Shown piece after piece: positions 15,030-26,800 of a stretch of DNA of 64,000 nt; the stretch's first letter is position 1, and every line of letters begins with the position of its first letter. This stretch comes from the human T2T-CHM13v2.0 reference genome, Homo sapiens. The notes under the pieces were generated by a model. It saw nothing but the letters and a program-made list of their open reading frames with translations, searched no databases and was not told the origin of the DNA. A program made the translations under genes and the position numbers. Location of the stretch: NCBI RefSeq assembly GCF_009914755.1, contig NC_060928.1. The stretch is one strand, 5' to 3'.

Positions 15030-16050
15030 TCCTTGTTGATTGGTTTGAACCTGGGGTCATTATCTCTGCTTTGCAAATGAAGAAGAGAAAGAAGCTCAAA
15101 AAGGACAAGAAACTTTCCCCAAATCGAACAGGTAGTAAGTGATAAAGGCCTAAAATGAACCTGGGTCTTGACTCCTGGGTTGGTGTGTTTCAATCATGTT
15201 AACTCCCAGCCCCAGGAAGCTTGGTGAATATTACCAGAGATAGGACATAGCAAATCTGGAAGGACAATGACTACCTGACCAGGGCCAAAAGAGCCGACTG
15301 TCTATGACCGTGATTATGCTAACTAATAAGTATCTGAGCAGAAACAGCAAAATCTGTTCTAATCTACCAAAAGAGGCTGCTGAGATGGGCAGGGTGGCTC
15401 CCTTCAGACTGAACTCATTCCTTCACAAGCACGCAGGAGAATCAGGGCCAGCCAAGTGGTGCCTGTGGGAGGCGTTTGAGGATGGGTGGCCAGGGAAAGT
15501 GAGAGTTTTTAAACTAAATCAAGTGGCTCTTCTGGGTTTGCTCCGAACCTTGAATGTTTTAAGAGTATGGGCTTTGGAGTCGGGGGACCTGAGTTCTGCA
15601 CCTCACTAGCTGCTTAGGCTGGGCTAAGTTTAGTTAACTAAATCTCATTCTCTTCATTTGTAAAATAGTAATGACAACCATATCTTCCTCAAAGGCTTGT
15701 CGTGACAAACTGAGATGAGGTTTGTCAAGTGTTCAGCACAGAAAATGCTCAACATCTCCCTCTGGATGTCCAGCAGTTACTTCAAATGCATCCCCCAAGG
15801 CAGTTCATCTTCCATGTAACTATAATAATCACAGTAAAAAGCTACTGGGAGCTGTCTGTGTTCTGTGATTTACACTTATTATCTTATTTAATCCTGCAGT
15901 TAGGAATTATTTTTTACTTTTACAGATGGGGTAACTGAAGCTCAGAGAGATTGACCAACCTGCCCAAAGTTTCACAGCTGTTAAATGTCAGACCAGACTT
16001 TGAAGCTAGGGTCATCTGATGCCAAAGCCCACTCTGGGCTAAACCACCTT
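15030..16050. mobile_element. Cluster of three MIRs (about 15030-15180 minus, 15555-15750 plus, 15820-16050 minus)
   Basis: MIR cores: tttgcaaatgaagaa...; gggctttggagtc...; tttacagatggggtaactgaagctcagagag. Confidence 0.7.
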
Positions 16051-17539
16051 GCCCTTACCAGAGATGAGTACACAGGAACTTTGATTTTCTTTTTTCCCTT
16101 GGTTTCACATTCACACAATGAGGAATTCTTCCCCTGCTGTTCTATCTCATGGGGATCTTTTACATCTTGTCCAACCTTTGCATTCACTCTGCCTACCTGA
16201 CTTCAGGACCAGTTTTGCATCTGCTGGACACCGTGAACTGCTTCTGCATGGCATAAACTGCTTTCTGAATGCCCCTTCCTCCACCCAAGTCCTTTTTCTA
16301 GTTCACCTCCACCTACCGTAGTGCTGCCCGATTAACCCCCTAAAGGCTAGCTTTCATCTTGTCTCTGCAGAAAACTTTCAATGACTCCCCACTGTCTGCT
16401 GCCTACTAGTTAGCCTGGCAGTCAAGGTCTGGTTCCTCCACAAATGCACAACTTAGCTTTTCAGTTCTCACTACTTCTTTTATATACTCAGCAGAATGCA
16501 GATGCCATGACGACAGAAATGTGTACCCTTTCTTCACTGCAACATCCCCAACACCTAGAATAAGGCCCTGTTTATACTAAGTGCTCATTAAATATTTGTT
16601 GAAGTATGAACTGAATGATTTTTTTGCAGCCAAAATTATTGTATTTTCTTCCCACCGTGTTTTACTGTAAAGACATTGAAAGACATGAAATCTGCTTTCT
16701 TTTTTTGAAGCTGCTGGTATATTTTTTAGAAATGAAGAAAAGCCAAAACAAGATTTGAAAAATTTGATATATTTTCAAAGGTAACATTTATCAAATTAAT
16801 GCTTTTAGTGTCTACAAAACACAATGTCACATAATTGTGCTATTCAAAGATAATTACAGGGTCTATAAAAATACTCATTCCTAGTCATCACAGGCAGTGT
16901 GATCCAGTACTGGAATAGTTTAAAATAGGGTGACATAGGACGTCTTTAGCATTGCCAATGTATGCATTACTGAGTCAGGGTATAAACTTTTCTGTGGGCC
17001 CTCCTGAATGTGGCCTGGAACTAATGGTTCTGTGGCCCCACCACATGTCCTCACGCCCTATATTCATGCATTCCTCTCCTTCCCTTCCATCTGCCCACCT
17101 TCATACTCCATCTATCCTTCAAAGACAACTAAATGTCTCTCTCCCATCTTTTTCTAGAGCTCCTTCACCAGAATAATTTGCTTATTCTTCTGGCTTTCCC
17201 ATAGCAATTTAATTGTAGGTTCATATGTGTTTATGATTTATTATTTTAGTTATATAAATTTTCACTAGGTTCATGGGAACAGAACCCATCATCTATTTCT
17301 GATGTATCTTTGTACCCACTCTCTGCCTACTGCTTTGTATCACGTCATGTCCACAGATGCTCAATATATATTTTTGAATAAATAAATGAATGTGGCAATG
17401 TAGGTAAAAATAACAGATGGCTGAAGTCTCGGCATTAGGCATTTGGCTGACTTTACCAGTTGGCGGAGGGAGTAGGGGAGAAGGGAACTGTGTCTGACAG
17501 AGGGTTAGCAGATGAGAGGCAGCAAATCTTGAAAAGCAG

Positions 17540-17705
17540 CATGGCCTGCTGATTAAGGATCAGTCTTCAGGCTGACTGCTTGGGTTCAGATACTAGCTCT
17601 GTCTCTCATTTGTTGTATAAGCTTTAGATAACAGATGATAGTTTTACGTACCTAATAGGTTTTGTTGTGAAGATCAGATGAGCTTATAAATGTTAAGTGG
17701 TGATT
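17540..17705 (+). mobile_element. MIR
   Basis: gactgcttgggttcagatactagctctg...ttgttgtgaagatcagatgag. Confidence 0.65.
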
Positions 17706-17761
17706 CTTATTGTGGTAGATTGCAATATTGTTTCAAATATTTTGCTACCTTTCATGTTAAA

Positions 17762-18110
17762 ACACACACACACAGACACACACAGACACACACACACACA
17801 AAAGACACACACAGGCACACACAGACACACACACACAGACAGACACAGACACACACCCACACAGACACACACACAGACACACACACACACAGACACACAC
17901 ACAGACACACACACACAGACACACACAGACACAGACACACAGACACACACACAGACACAAACACACAGACACAGACACACACAGACACACACAGACACAC
18001 ACACAGACACACACGCAGACGCACACACACACTGACACACACAGACACACACAGACACACACACACACAGACACACACACAGAGACACACACACACACAC
18101 ACAGACACAC
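17762..18110. repeat. Compound (CA)n/CAGA microsatellite, about 350 bp
   Basis: CA runs punctuated by GA every 6-16 bp. Confidence 0.98.
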
Positions 18111-18113
18111 ATC

Positions 18114-18493
18114 TGTCTTAGCTGCTGTTCTGGCTGCTATAGCAAATTGCCATAGACTGGATGGCTTAAAAAACAAACATTTATTTTTTAAACTTCTGGA
18201 AGCTGGAAGTCTGAGATCATGATGCCAGCATACTTGGGTTCTGGCGAGGGCCCTCTTCTGTCCTTGTGTCCTCATATGGCAGAGACAGGATGACTTCTCC
18301 TTGTGTCCTCATGGCAGAGAGAGGATGAGAGAGATCTCTTGGGTCTCTTTAATAAGAGCACTAATCCCATTCACGAAGCCCCCACCCCCATGACCTGATC
18401 AACTCCCAAAGGTCCCACCTTCTAATACTATCACATTAGGGATTAGGATTTTAACCTATGAATTCTGAGGGAACAGAAATATTTAGTCTGCTA
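18114..18493. mobile_element. MaLR solo LTR (MLT1A-like)
   Basis: tgtcttag...ggctgctatagcaaattgccatagactgg...gctggaagtctgagatca...atcacattagggattagg. Confidence 0.85.
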
Positions 18494-20477
18494 GTCTGCT
18501 GCATTATCCCTGGCTACTGTCATGTGACTTGCTGTGTTCCTTTCATTGACATCAGGCTTGGCCATGTGACTTGCCGTGATCAGTGGCATTTGAGTGGAAA
18601 TGACATATGCCCTGACTGAGCAAAGGCTTTCTGGGCCATTGCGCCCTTTTCTGTCTGCCACAAGAATGACATATCTCAAATAGGGTCTTCTCATTCACCC
18701 TGATCCTGCACTGAAGAAGCCATTTGGAGGAGTCTCACCCATCACAACCACCTACAACCTCTGTTATTGTAAACTACTAAGATTTGGGGGTTATTGCTGT
18801 AACACAGCCTGGTGAAAGCTGACTAATAGCCCAGTGTAAGGAAGTACTCAATCCATGTAAAGCCCTTAGAACAGTTCCTGGAACATAATAAGGGCAAAAC
18901 AATGATTATCATAGTCGATGCACTGACTTTTGATACACTTCCTAATTTGCACTTACTTGTCTGAAATTAAAAGCCTCATCCTTGGAGTCTTCCAAATATT
19001 CTGTCACAGACAATCATCTGACTAAGAGTTGGAAGGCGTGGGTTCCGGTTCTGACTCTGCCCTGTGACGGCGCTCACGGGACATGTTCTTTCTGTTTCCT
19101 CACAGATAATTGTCAAAGTTCCTTCTAGTTCAAAGAAGTTTCTGAGTCTGCAGACAAGCAGCTGTTGGAACCGTCCACATCAGGAAACAAGTGTTAGCTC
19201 TACCAGTCACAAAGCTGGGTGATTTGTGCACCTTAGCTTCTCCGTCCTTTTCTTCCTTCAGAGGTTTATGTGAGGCTTTAGCCATTGCCAGTTTTCAAAG
19301 AAATGGCATTTTTATAGGCTCCTGCAGCAAGACAATGTTTGTTTTTTTTCCCATTAAGTTGGGGCGCAAAACTCTTAGCCAGAGGAAAAAGTGGTTCCCT
19401 AAAAAAGTGAAATTCATGCTTTACAGGGGTTATGAAAAAATCTTTGGCTAACCAAGTATTCTCTAGCATAAAAGTACCAAAACCAACCAAGCAACCAAAC
19501 AAAAAGCCGGGTACAATCAGAGAAGAAAGCAAGGCTGCCATGGTGAGCAGAGCTCTGGCCTGAGAACCAAAGCCCTGGGTCCCAGCCTGTTTCTGCAGTT
19601 AGTCGGCCAGGTGACCTTGGGTAATCACTCATTTCTTTCTATATGTAATAATAAAGGATCTCCAGACTCCTGTCTAGCACTAGCTAATATTTCATCACTA
19701 TGACTCCATCAGAGTTAACTGACAGGGTTGTTTTTTACAGGCTTTAAGTGGCAGTTCTCTTAATTTGCAGAGTAGGGGAAATATAATAAAGAGGGAAATG
19801 TTTACAGGGGAGCCCAGCCCACACTAATCTTCTGAATTGGTAATAAATTTTGATCCTAAAGGAGGAATAAAAGAAAGAACTAGATTTATAATCATTTAAC
19901 AAGCAAACATTATATGATTTATCAGAAGAACAGGTAGTCTAGTATCTAGTATCTTTTCCTGCCCATCCTCGGGGATTTTCTGTTTCAACTAAGGAGAGCT
20001 GATCTCTGCCATATTTCTCCCAGTTCTGTTGCAATGTATCCAAGGCAGGGCTGAGATCAGCCAGAGGTCTGCCAAATAGAGTGTAGGTACCAAAGTTTGC
20101 CCATGGATTGATGTATCATTGGTTTCAAAAACCAGGTCCTCCTCCCATCCCAGCACCTTGGGATGACAGGTGCCTGCTGTTCCCAAGTCTCTGGCTTCAG
20201 CAGAAGAGACAAAGAGTCCAGCTTCCAGGCCCCTCCTTTTCCTAGATTCCCACCATCATCCTTCCTCAGCCTGGCCCACTCTTGCATGTGAGCAGAGATG
20301 GCTCCAAGATTGGCTTTGGTAAATATACAATCTAAATAAGAACATAAGCTTCAATACAGGTTCCTAGGGAGCCCCTACCCCACTTTAAGAACATATTATC
20401 TTTACCACATAGAGATTCTATGATGGTCAGAACTTGTGAAAGCCCACCCCCAGCCTCAGAAGGGCATGCCAGAAGAA

Positions 20478-20935
20478 TGGGTCATGAAGGTGCCCTGTTC
20501 GAATCTCCCTGTGGGAGGGCCTATTGTGTGGGGCATAGTTGATTCATAGTCTTCAGCTGTTGTACCTTGGATTGACTGCAGCGTTCACTTCCAGGTCACA
20601 CTTCCCCAGGCTGCCCCAGTCAATGACTGAGTACAGTGGTGGGTGCTAGAGCTGGGCCATTCCTGCCTAAAGGGGGATTCCTCAAATGGGTGCCTTTGGT
20701 TCAGGGACTCTCCATCAGGCTGGCCACAACTCTCAGAACTGCACTTTGGTCTGAAGCACTTTCTACTCAATCCTTTCTTCTGTTTCTCCTTTCATAGGTC
20801 TCAGAGCTGCATCATGGGCTGCAGGCTTCCTCCACCTCCTCCAGCTCCCTCCACTTTGTCCTTTATCTTTCACAGGCTCTTCTCTTAGTAAACCACTTGC
20901 ACTTCTAATTCCAGTTGGCATCTGTCTCTTACAGA
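20478..20935 (+). mobile_element. ERVL solo LTR (LTR16-like)
   Basis: cacttccccaggctgccccagtcaatgactgag...gctgggccattcctgcc...taaaccacttgcacttcta. Confidence 0.7.
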
Positions 20936-20975
20936 AGCAGGGTATGATGCTTTTAAGTCTGTATGCCTGGCCCAC

Positions 20976-21122
20976 TGTATTAGCCAGGGTTCAGAGAAAC
21001 AGAAGCAATATGATATATCTGTATATGTAGATATAGCCTATAGATATATAGATATATCTATATGTGCAGATATGTAGATATAGCCTATCAGTCTACAGGA
21101 TATACATATAGACATACATATA

Positions 21123-21167
<45 letters not shown>

Positions 21168-21600
21168 ACACTATAAGGAATTGGATCATGCAATTACAAA
21201 AGCTGAAAACTCCCTAGATCTGTATTCAGTAAGCTGGAGACCCAGGAGGGCCAATGTGTAGTTCCGGTCCAAAAGCCACCAGGCTCAAGACCCAAAAGGA
21301 GCTTGTGTTTCAGTCCAATTCTGAAAGTCAGAAGGGACTAATGTTCCAGCTCAAGGCAGTAGGTGAGAGGAGTTCCCTCCCACTCCTGGGAGGGTCAGCC
21401 CTTTTGTTCTAGTCAGGCCTTCAACTGATTAAATGAGGCCCACCCACAACAGGGAGGGCAATCTGATTCCCTCAGTCTATCAATCAGTTCAAATGTTAAT
21501 CTCATCCCCAAACACTCACAGACCCATCCAGAATAATGCTTGGCCAGAAATCTGGGAAACCATGCCCCATTCAAGGTAATGCAGAAAATTAATCATCACA
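20976..21600. mobile_element. ERVL solo LTR (MLT2 family) with internal (TA)/(CA) repeats
   Basis: tgtattagccagggttc...aaattaatcatcaca; TG...CA ends; 5-bp TSD cccac/ctcac. Confidence 0.85.
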
Positions 21601-21689
21601 CTCACCTAGTGCAGCAGTTAATCAGTTAAATCACTTCTGCTGAAGTCATGCATACCAGTCAAGTTCTCATACTGCAAGAGGCATTTATG

Positions 21690-22030
21690 TTTACATCTGT
21701 CTCTAAAAAGTCTGTGAATGCCTGGAAGGTGGGAATCATGTCTTATTCATTTTTAGATCCTAAATACAGAGTGGAAGTTCAATAACTTATATTTATTGAG
21801 TTTCTCCTATGTGCCATGCACAAGGTGCTAGGGGTATAGCAATAAATGAAACAGGCCAGGTCCTTGTCCTCAGAGACCTACATTTAGGTAACAGAGAGAA
21901 ACAAAAATAAAACAATTGAACATACAATATAATGGACTGGTGATACGTGTGACAAGAGGAGAATAAAGCCTGGCAAGGGGATAGAAAAGAATAGAGAAGT
22001 ATCATTTTACATAGGTGTTCAGAGAAGGCT
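21690..22030. mobile_element. L2 fragments
   Basis: gaaggtgggaatcatgtcttattcattt; tatttattgag...ctatgtgcca...gtgctagggg. Confidence 0.6.
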
Positions 22031-23227
22031 TGAATGAATAACTGAATAGATGACAGAAATTATTAATGCAGGTATCAGCAAAGTTGTTCAAGTGTGTTGG
22101 GGTAAGCAGAATTCAGAGGCACACAGAACAGAAGAAAGGCCTCCTCCCCACACCAGGGAATCAGCTCAACTAAATTGTTACTTCTCCCAGCTGTGGCTTT
22201 ATACTGTTCTTCTTTGCCTTCCTCACTTCTATTTTAACAACTTTTTTTTCTTTTTAACAGAGTGGGCACAGAGTGCCTTTTTAAAGGGACTTCCTTACTG
22301 CAGTAAGTTTTAAGTCAATGTTATTGCTACACTGACCTTCTTCAACATGAGGGCTTAGGGCCAGTTTCCACTTCTGAAGAAATTCCTCTAAAAGTAGTAC
22401 TCTGGAGACACTTCAGTAAATGAAGATAGACTTGGCAAAGAAATTCCAAGCCTACAGGCAGATAATTAAGAGAGATTTTCAAAGCCGAGGGGGAAATCAA
22501 AGACCATTATGTATGTATGGTTTGCACTAAACCACTTTTATTACAAATTGAGCTCCATACAGCTGTGCAGCAATTGAAGAGGAGACTATACAGCCAGTGA
22601 AGGAATGACAGCCATGTGGATGCCAATTTTCTAGTAGTAGCCTACAGAAGCCACACGTAAGTTAGGTTTCACAGCTTGTCATGAGTAATTTCAAAAACCA
22701 AAGTAGATGATGTTATTACAGGTCTAAGAAGAAAATGATGATGTAGCAAATGAGGGGGAAAAAAATCAAAATTTCCCATTCCCTCTTAGACCTCCCTACT
22801 CAATTCCTTCCTCTCAACAGGGATGTGGTAAAATGAATAAGATTTTGTGTAGAGCCATCTGAAGTGTTTGAGAGGTTTAGTGGAAGAGTCTGGGCTTCGG
22901 AACCAGGCAATAGAAATACAATTTATTTCACCCACTTATGAGCTGTGTAGTCCCAGGCAAGTTATTGAGTCTCTCAAGCTCCACTTCTCTTGACTATAAA
23001 ATACCTACTGGAGTTGTCATGGTGATCACGTGAGACAGGGCAAGAAAAGTGCCTGGCACAGATAGGTGCTCAATGAACAATTTGTTTTCTTGGGAAGGAA
23101 GTTACTTAAGAAATCCAAATTAGCATTTGTCACAGTTTCTCATCAAGAACAGGGATTACAAAATCAAGTATCTCTGGTAAGCCTAGTAAGCCTACAGAAG
23201 AATTTGTGGTTTGTATTGGGAGGAAAC

Positions 23228-23871
23228 AACTGTGGCAAACTGGAGGGCCCGTATCTACCCAAAGACGGCAACTAAAGGATTTATGCCTGATAAAAGGGGA
23301 TCCCATCTCTCCTTTGAAAGGTGGCTACTGGAAGCCTTGCCTCATAGAGAGGGGACAGTTGCTGCTAGCTCCTCTCTGGGGATAGTACAGACCCCATACT
23401 GGGAGATTTTTTTTAAAAAAGAATCTCCAAATCCATATTTCTATGTGAAACTTCCAGGTCACATACAGTGGTTCCTAATTCAATTAATAAAAAACATGTA
23501 ACTGAGCATGGTGGCTCTCTCCTGTAATCCCAGGGCTTTGGGAGGCTGAGGTGGGATAATCAGTTGAGGCCAGGAGTTCAAGAACACCCTGGGTAACATA
23601 GCAAGACCCTATCTGTAAAAAGAAAAAAAAAATAGCTGGATGTGGTTGTGCATGCCCGTAGTCCCAGCTGCTGGCGAGGCTGAGGTAGGAGGCTCACTTG
23701 TGCCCACGAAGTCGAGCTGTGACCACACCACTGCACTCCAGCCCGGGTGACAGAACGAAACCCTGTCTAAAAAAAAAAAAGAAAAAAGAAAAAAAAAACA
23801 AAAACAGGCAGACCACAAAAGTATCTGGGCAGGCATGATGTGGCCTATGGGCTACCAGTTTGCAACTTCTG
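23228..23871. mobile_element. hAT-Charlie (MER102-like) relic interrupted by an Alu
   Basis: Inverted ends gtggcaaactggagggccc / gggctaccagtttgcaacttctg. Confidence 0.55.
23500..23805 (+). mobile_element. Alu (AluJ-like)
   Basis: Full dimer with A-rich tail. Confidence 0.92.
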
Positions 23872-26800
23872 GAAAAGGAACATTTCGTGATTACATTTTC
23901 ATTCATTGTATAATAAAATATTTTAGTTTAAAAATAATTCTTCAAATAATTCCACCAAGAGCAAAGAAGCCAACATACAAATAAATTTCTTCTTGTATAT
24001 TTCTATTTCTAGGACATCAAGGACCCAAAATAAACTTTAAAACCTATGAAGGAGTTTGTTGGTATTTATTCCTCAGGGGTCAGCTGATTGCTGATGGGCA
24101 GAGAGTTCAATAGTAATGCATAGGAAAAGACAAATTGATCCCTGCTGATAAAGCTGTTTTCTGTGTATGTGCTCATAAAATGTGATGTCCCCACCCTGCC
24201 CCGGATTCTATTGGTAGCACAGAGGGGTCAAAGCATTAATGAATAGTCCATGAGATTGTTTCCTTCAGATTTTAAGAGAGAGGGCAGAAAGACCTTAGAA
24301 GAAATTATTTCATGTTTAGAAAAATCTTCCTATTGGCTCCAGATTAGCTTCACAATGACAAAGAATGTTCCAGAGAAGAGCTGACTGGAAACTATCAGTG
24401 GCTGAAAAGTATTAAGCCACCAATATTTTAATTAACTTGTTCCACTCCATTTCTGGGCTTACCACAGAGGAAGAAAAGAAATTGTATTTCAATATAAAAA
24501 GTCACAGTAAATGTTAAGCTCCATGTTTGATTGACAGTCACCCACACACCCACATACACTAAAACTAGCAGCTATAAATTTGAAGCATTTGTAAGACCCA
24601 GGGGATTTCTAGAGTGTGTGACAATCCAGATATATGTGCCTCGTTTACCCACAGAAGCGGTCTCCTGTGGGGGAAATGTACTGTGACATCCATTTTGATA
24701 GGTAACAGGCACATTAAGATGGAATTACCTCAGCTGGAATATGACTGTGATAACAGGAATAGAGAAACACTGGACCAGAAAAACTACGGGGCATCCTTAG
24801 GGAACATGCTCAGTTCCCTTAAAAACATGTACAGTCATTTGTTCAGAATTGGCTGGGGGGAGTTGAAATGATCAATACCTCTTCCCAAGGTATCCGTGTA
24901 TTCTGCAGACATATCTTCGGCAAATAATTGCTCAAAATATAACTGTCCAAGCAGTATTTGGCAAGTATTGGATCTGAAGTCTGATTCACTTCATAAATTT
25001 GCAACCTTAGTGACATGCAACACAAGCTAATTCACTATTCTTCTGCTTATTTTTCCATATATCCAATACTGAATAGTAAACAAAGTCTGTAAAGAGGGGC
25101 CTGAAGATGTTCATATTTATACCTATTCTAGGCACAATAGGATTTCTTTCCTTCTTAAAATATTAGGATAGGAACCAACAATAAGGATATATGGAAAGGA
25201 ACAAAAAAATTATTCTACCCAAATGATGTTTCAGGAATATGCTGTAATTTTTTTAATTCTCACTTATTACTGGCAAAAGGCATATTTTGGAAGTTGCAAA
25301 AGTCAGAACCTGAGACACATAAATGATAAAAAGGTGTTATTGGTAAAGTATACTGAGACCATTGAGAGGCAGGTACTAAAATAAAATAGCACTCCTGTGA
25401 AGCGACATACAAATAGAATTTCTATTTAAAAAACAAATCCTCAGTCACTTCCCTTGTTTGCCAGACTTTTACAAATCCTCAGTTACTTCCCTTGTTTGCC
25501 AGACTTTTTCTTTCTCATGACTCCCTGTCTCTAATGTTATAATGGCCCCAATAATTAAAGCATTTGACCTCAGGAATCTACCCATTTGGATGGTGAGTAT
25601 ATTTCAATTATTATATTGAATTAAACTTTAGTTTGAGAAAGGCTTTCTGGGAAAGATGAGTCAAATTTAAGTAAGTATAAATTGGTCTTTTGGCCACCAT
25701 GTTTCTTGGGATTATAATGTTCCCAAGATATTTAATAATCTCATTTGGGTCAACACTGCAATTGACTTGAATGGCAGAACTCCAAGGGAAGGTGCTATGC
25801 TGGGTTGGGCACTTAATGATGCTGCAGCTGTGTTTTCCCTCGAGAGAGTGGTCCATTATGGAAATGGAATCTCCAGAGTGGGATTTAAGTAGGGGTAGTC
25901 AAGACAACACTTTGCAATGTCAGTGAAGATCTGATTGACCGTTTGGGTGGAAGACAGGACACACACTGTAGCTGGGATAGTGGTAACATCCATTTCAGTG
26001 CAGATTACTGCATTCTCTCAAATTCCTGCTGTCATTCCAATTAAAATCAATAGTCTTCTTTCTTACCAATTCTCTCAAATGTGTAGGTTGCTGCAACCTG
26101 CCAAGAATGTATTAGATTTCCTTAATAAAGATAGATACATCACAGCAGTGGGTTAAGTGATACGGCTAACAGTTAATTCTTGCTTCATTAAGCCAAACCA
26201 AATAATTCTCATTTAAATGAAGAAACCCATCCTGCTTCCCGGTAACTATTTGGTATTGAAGCAGCAATGAAAACTCAGGCCATGTAAGCTTCACTTCTCT
26301 TTAGGGACTCCTAGGGCATTTCCACTAGTACCCCATGGAGAATGATAAACATTCAAAACAAAGTGATACTTGTCCAAGGAAATGCATAAAATAAGCTTTG
26401 TGAAACCTCTTCCTAGAGTTTGTGTTTTTAAAAAAATGTGTGTGTTCACTCTCTTGTTCAATCATGAAAATGTGAGAATCCTCCATGGGCCTCCCAGACA
26501 TTAGTATGAATTAGAAAATCCTACTGAATAATCTCCACAAATCATCTCGTGCAAAGTGCCTGGGCTTTACAGACTAAGTGCACATTATACATATAAATCA
26601 TTATCACTTTGGGGTTGATTAGAAAAGGGCAGGTATTTTGCAGTCCCGGCAGTGTGTGTATGCCTGTAGCAACTGATTAGCTATTTCAAATTAATAGCTT
26701 GAAATTAAAACAAGCCTGGGGTTAGAATAAAGGGAAATGGTTTTTCTATGTAAGGAAAGCTTCAGCCTCCTCAGAAAGCCCCCCCCTCCTCCCCCTCCCC

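Larger units (their letters stand above)
17711..18829. mobile_element. Old MaLR LTR (MLT1I/J-like), split by a microsatellite and a younger MLT1
   Basis: Starts tgtggtagattgc; resumes near 18495 (ggcttggccatgtgacttgc); ends aaagctgactaatag. Confidence 0.6.

Noticed and set aside
17690-18275. His/Thr-rich and Cys/Val-rich ORFs of 112-172 aa
   Set aside because: They are translations of the CA/CAGA microsatellite, which lacks stop codons.
25433-25508. 38-bp direct repeats as a CRISPR-like array
   Set aside because: There are only two adjacent copies, with no spacer and no cas genes, in a primate genome.
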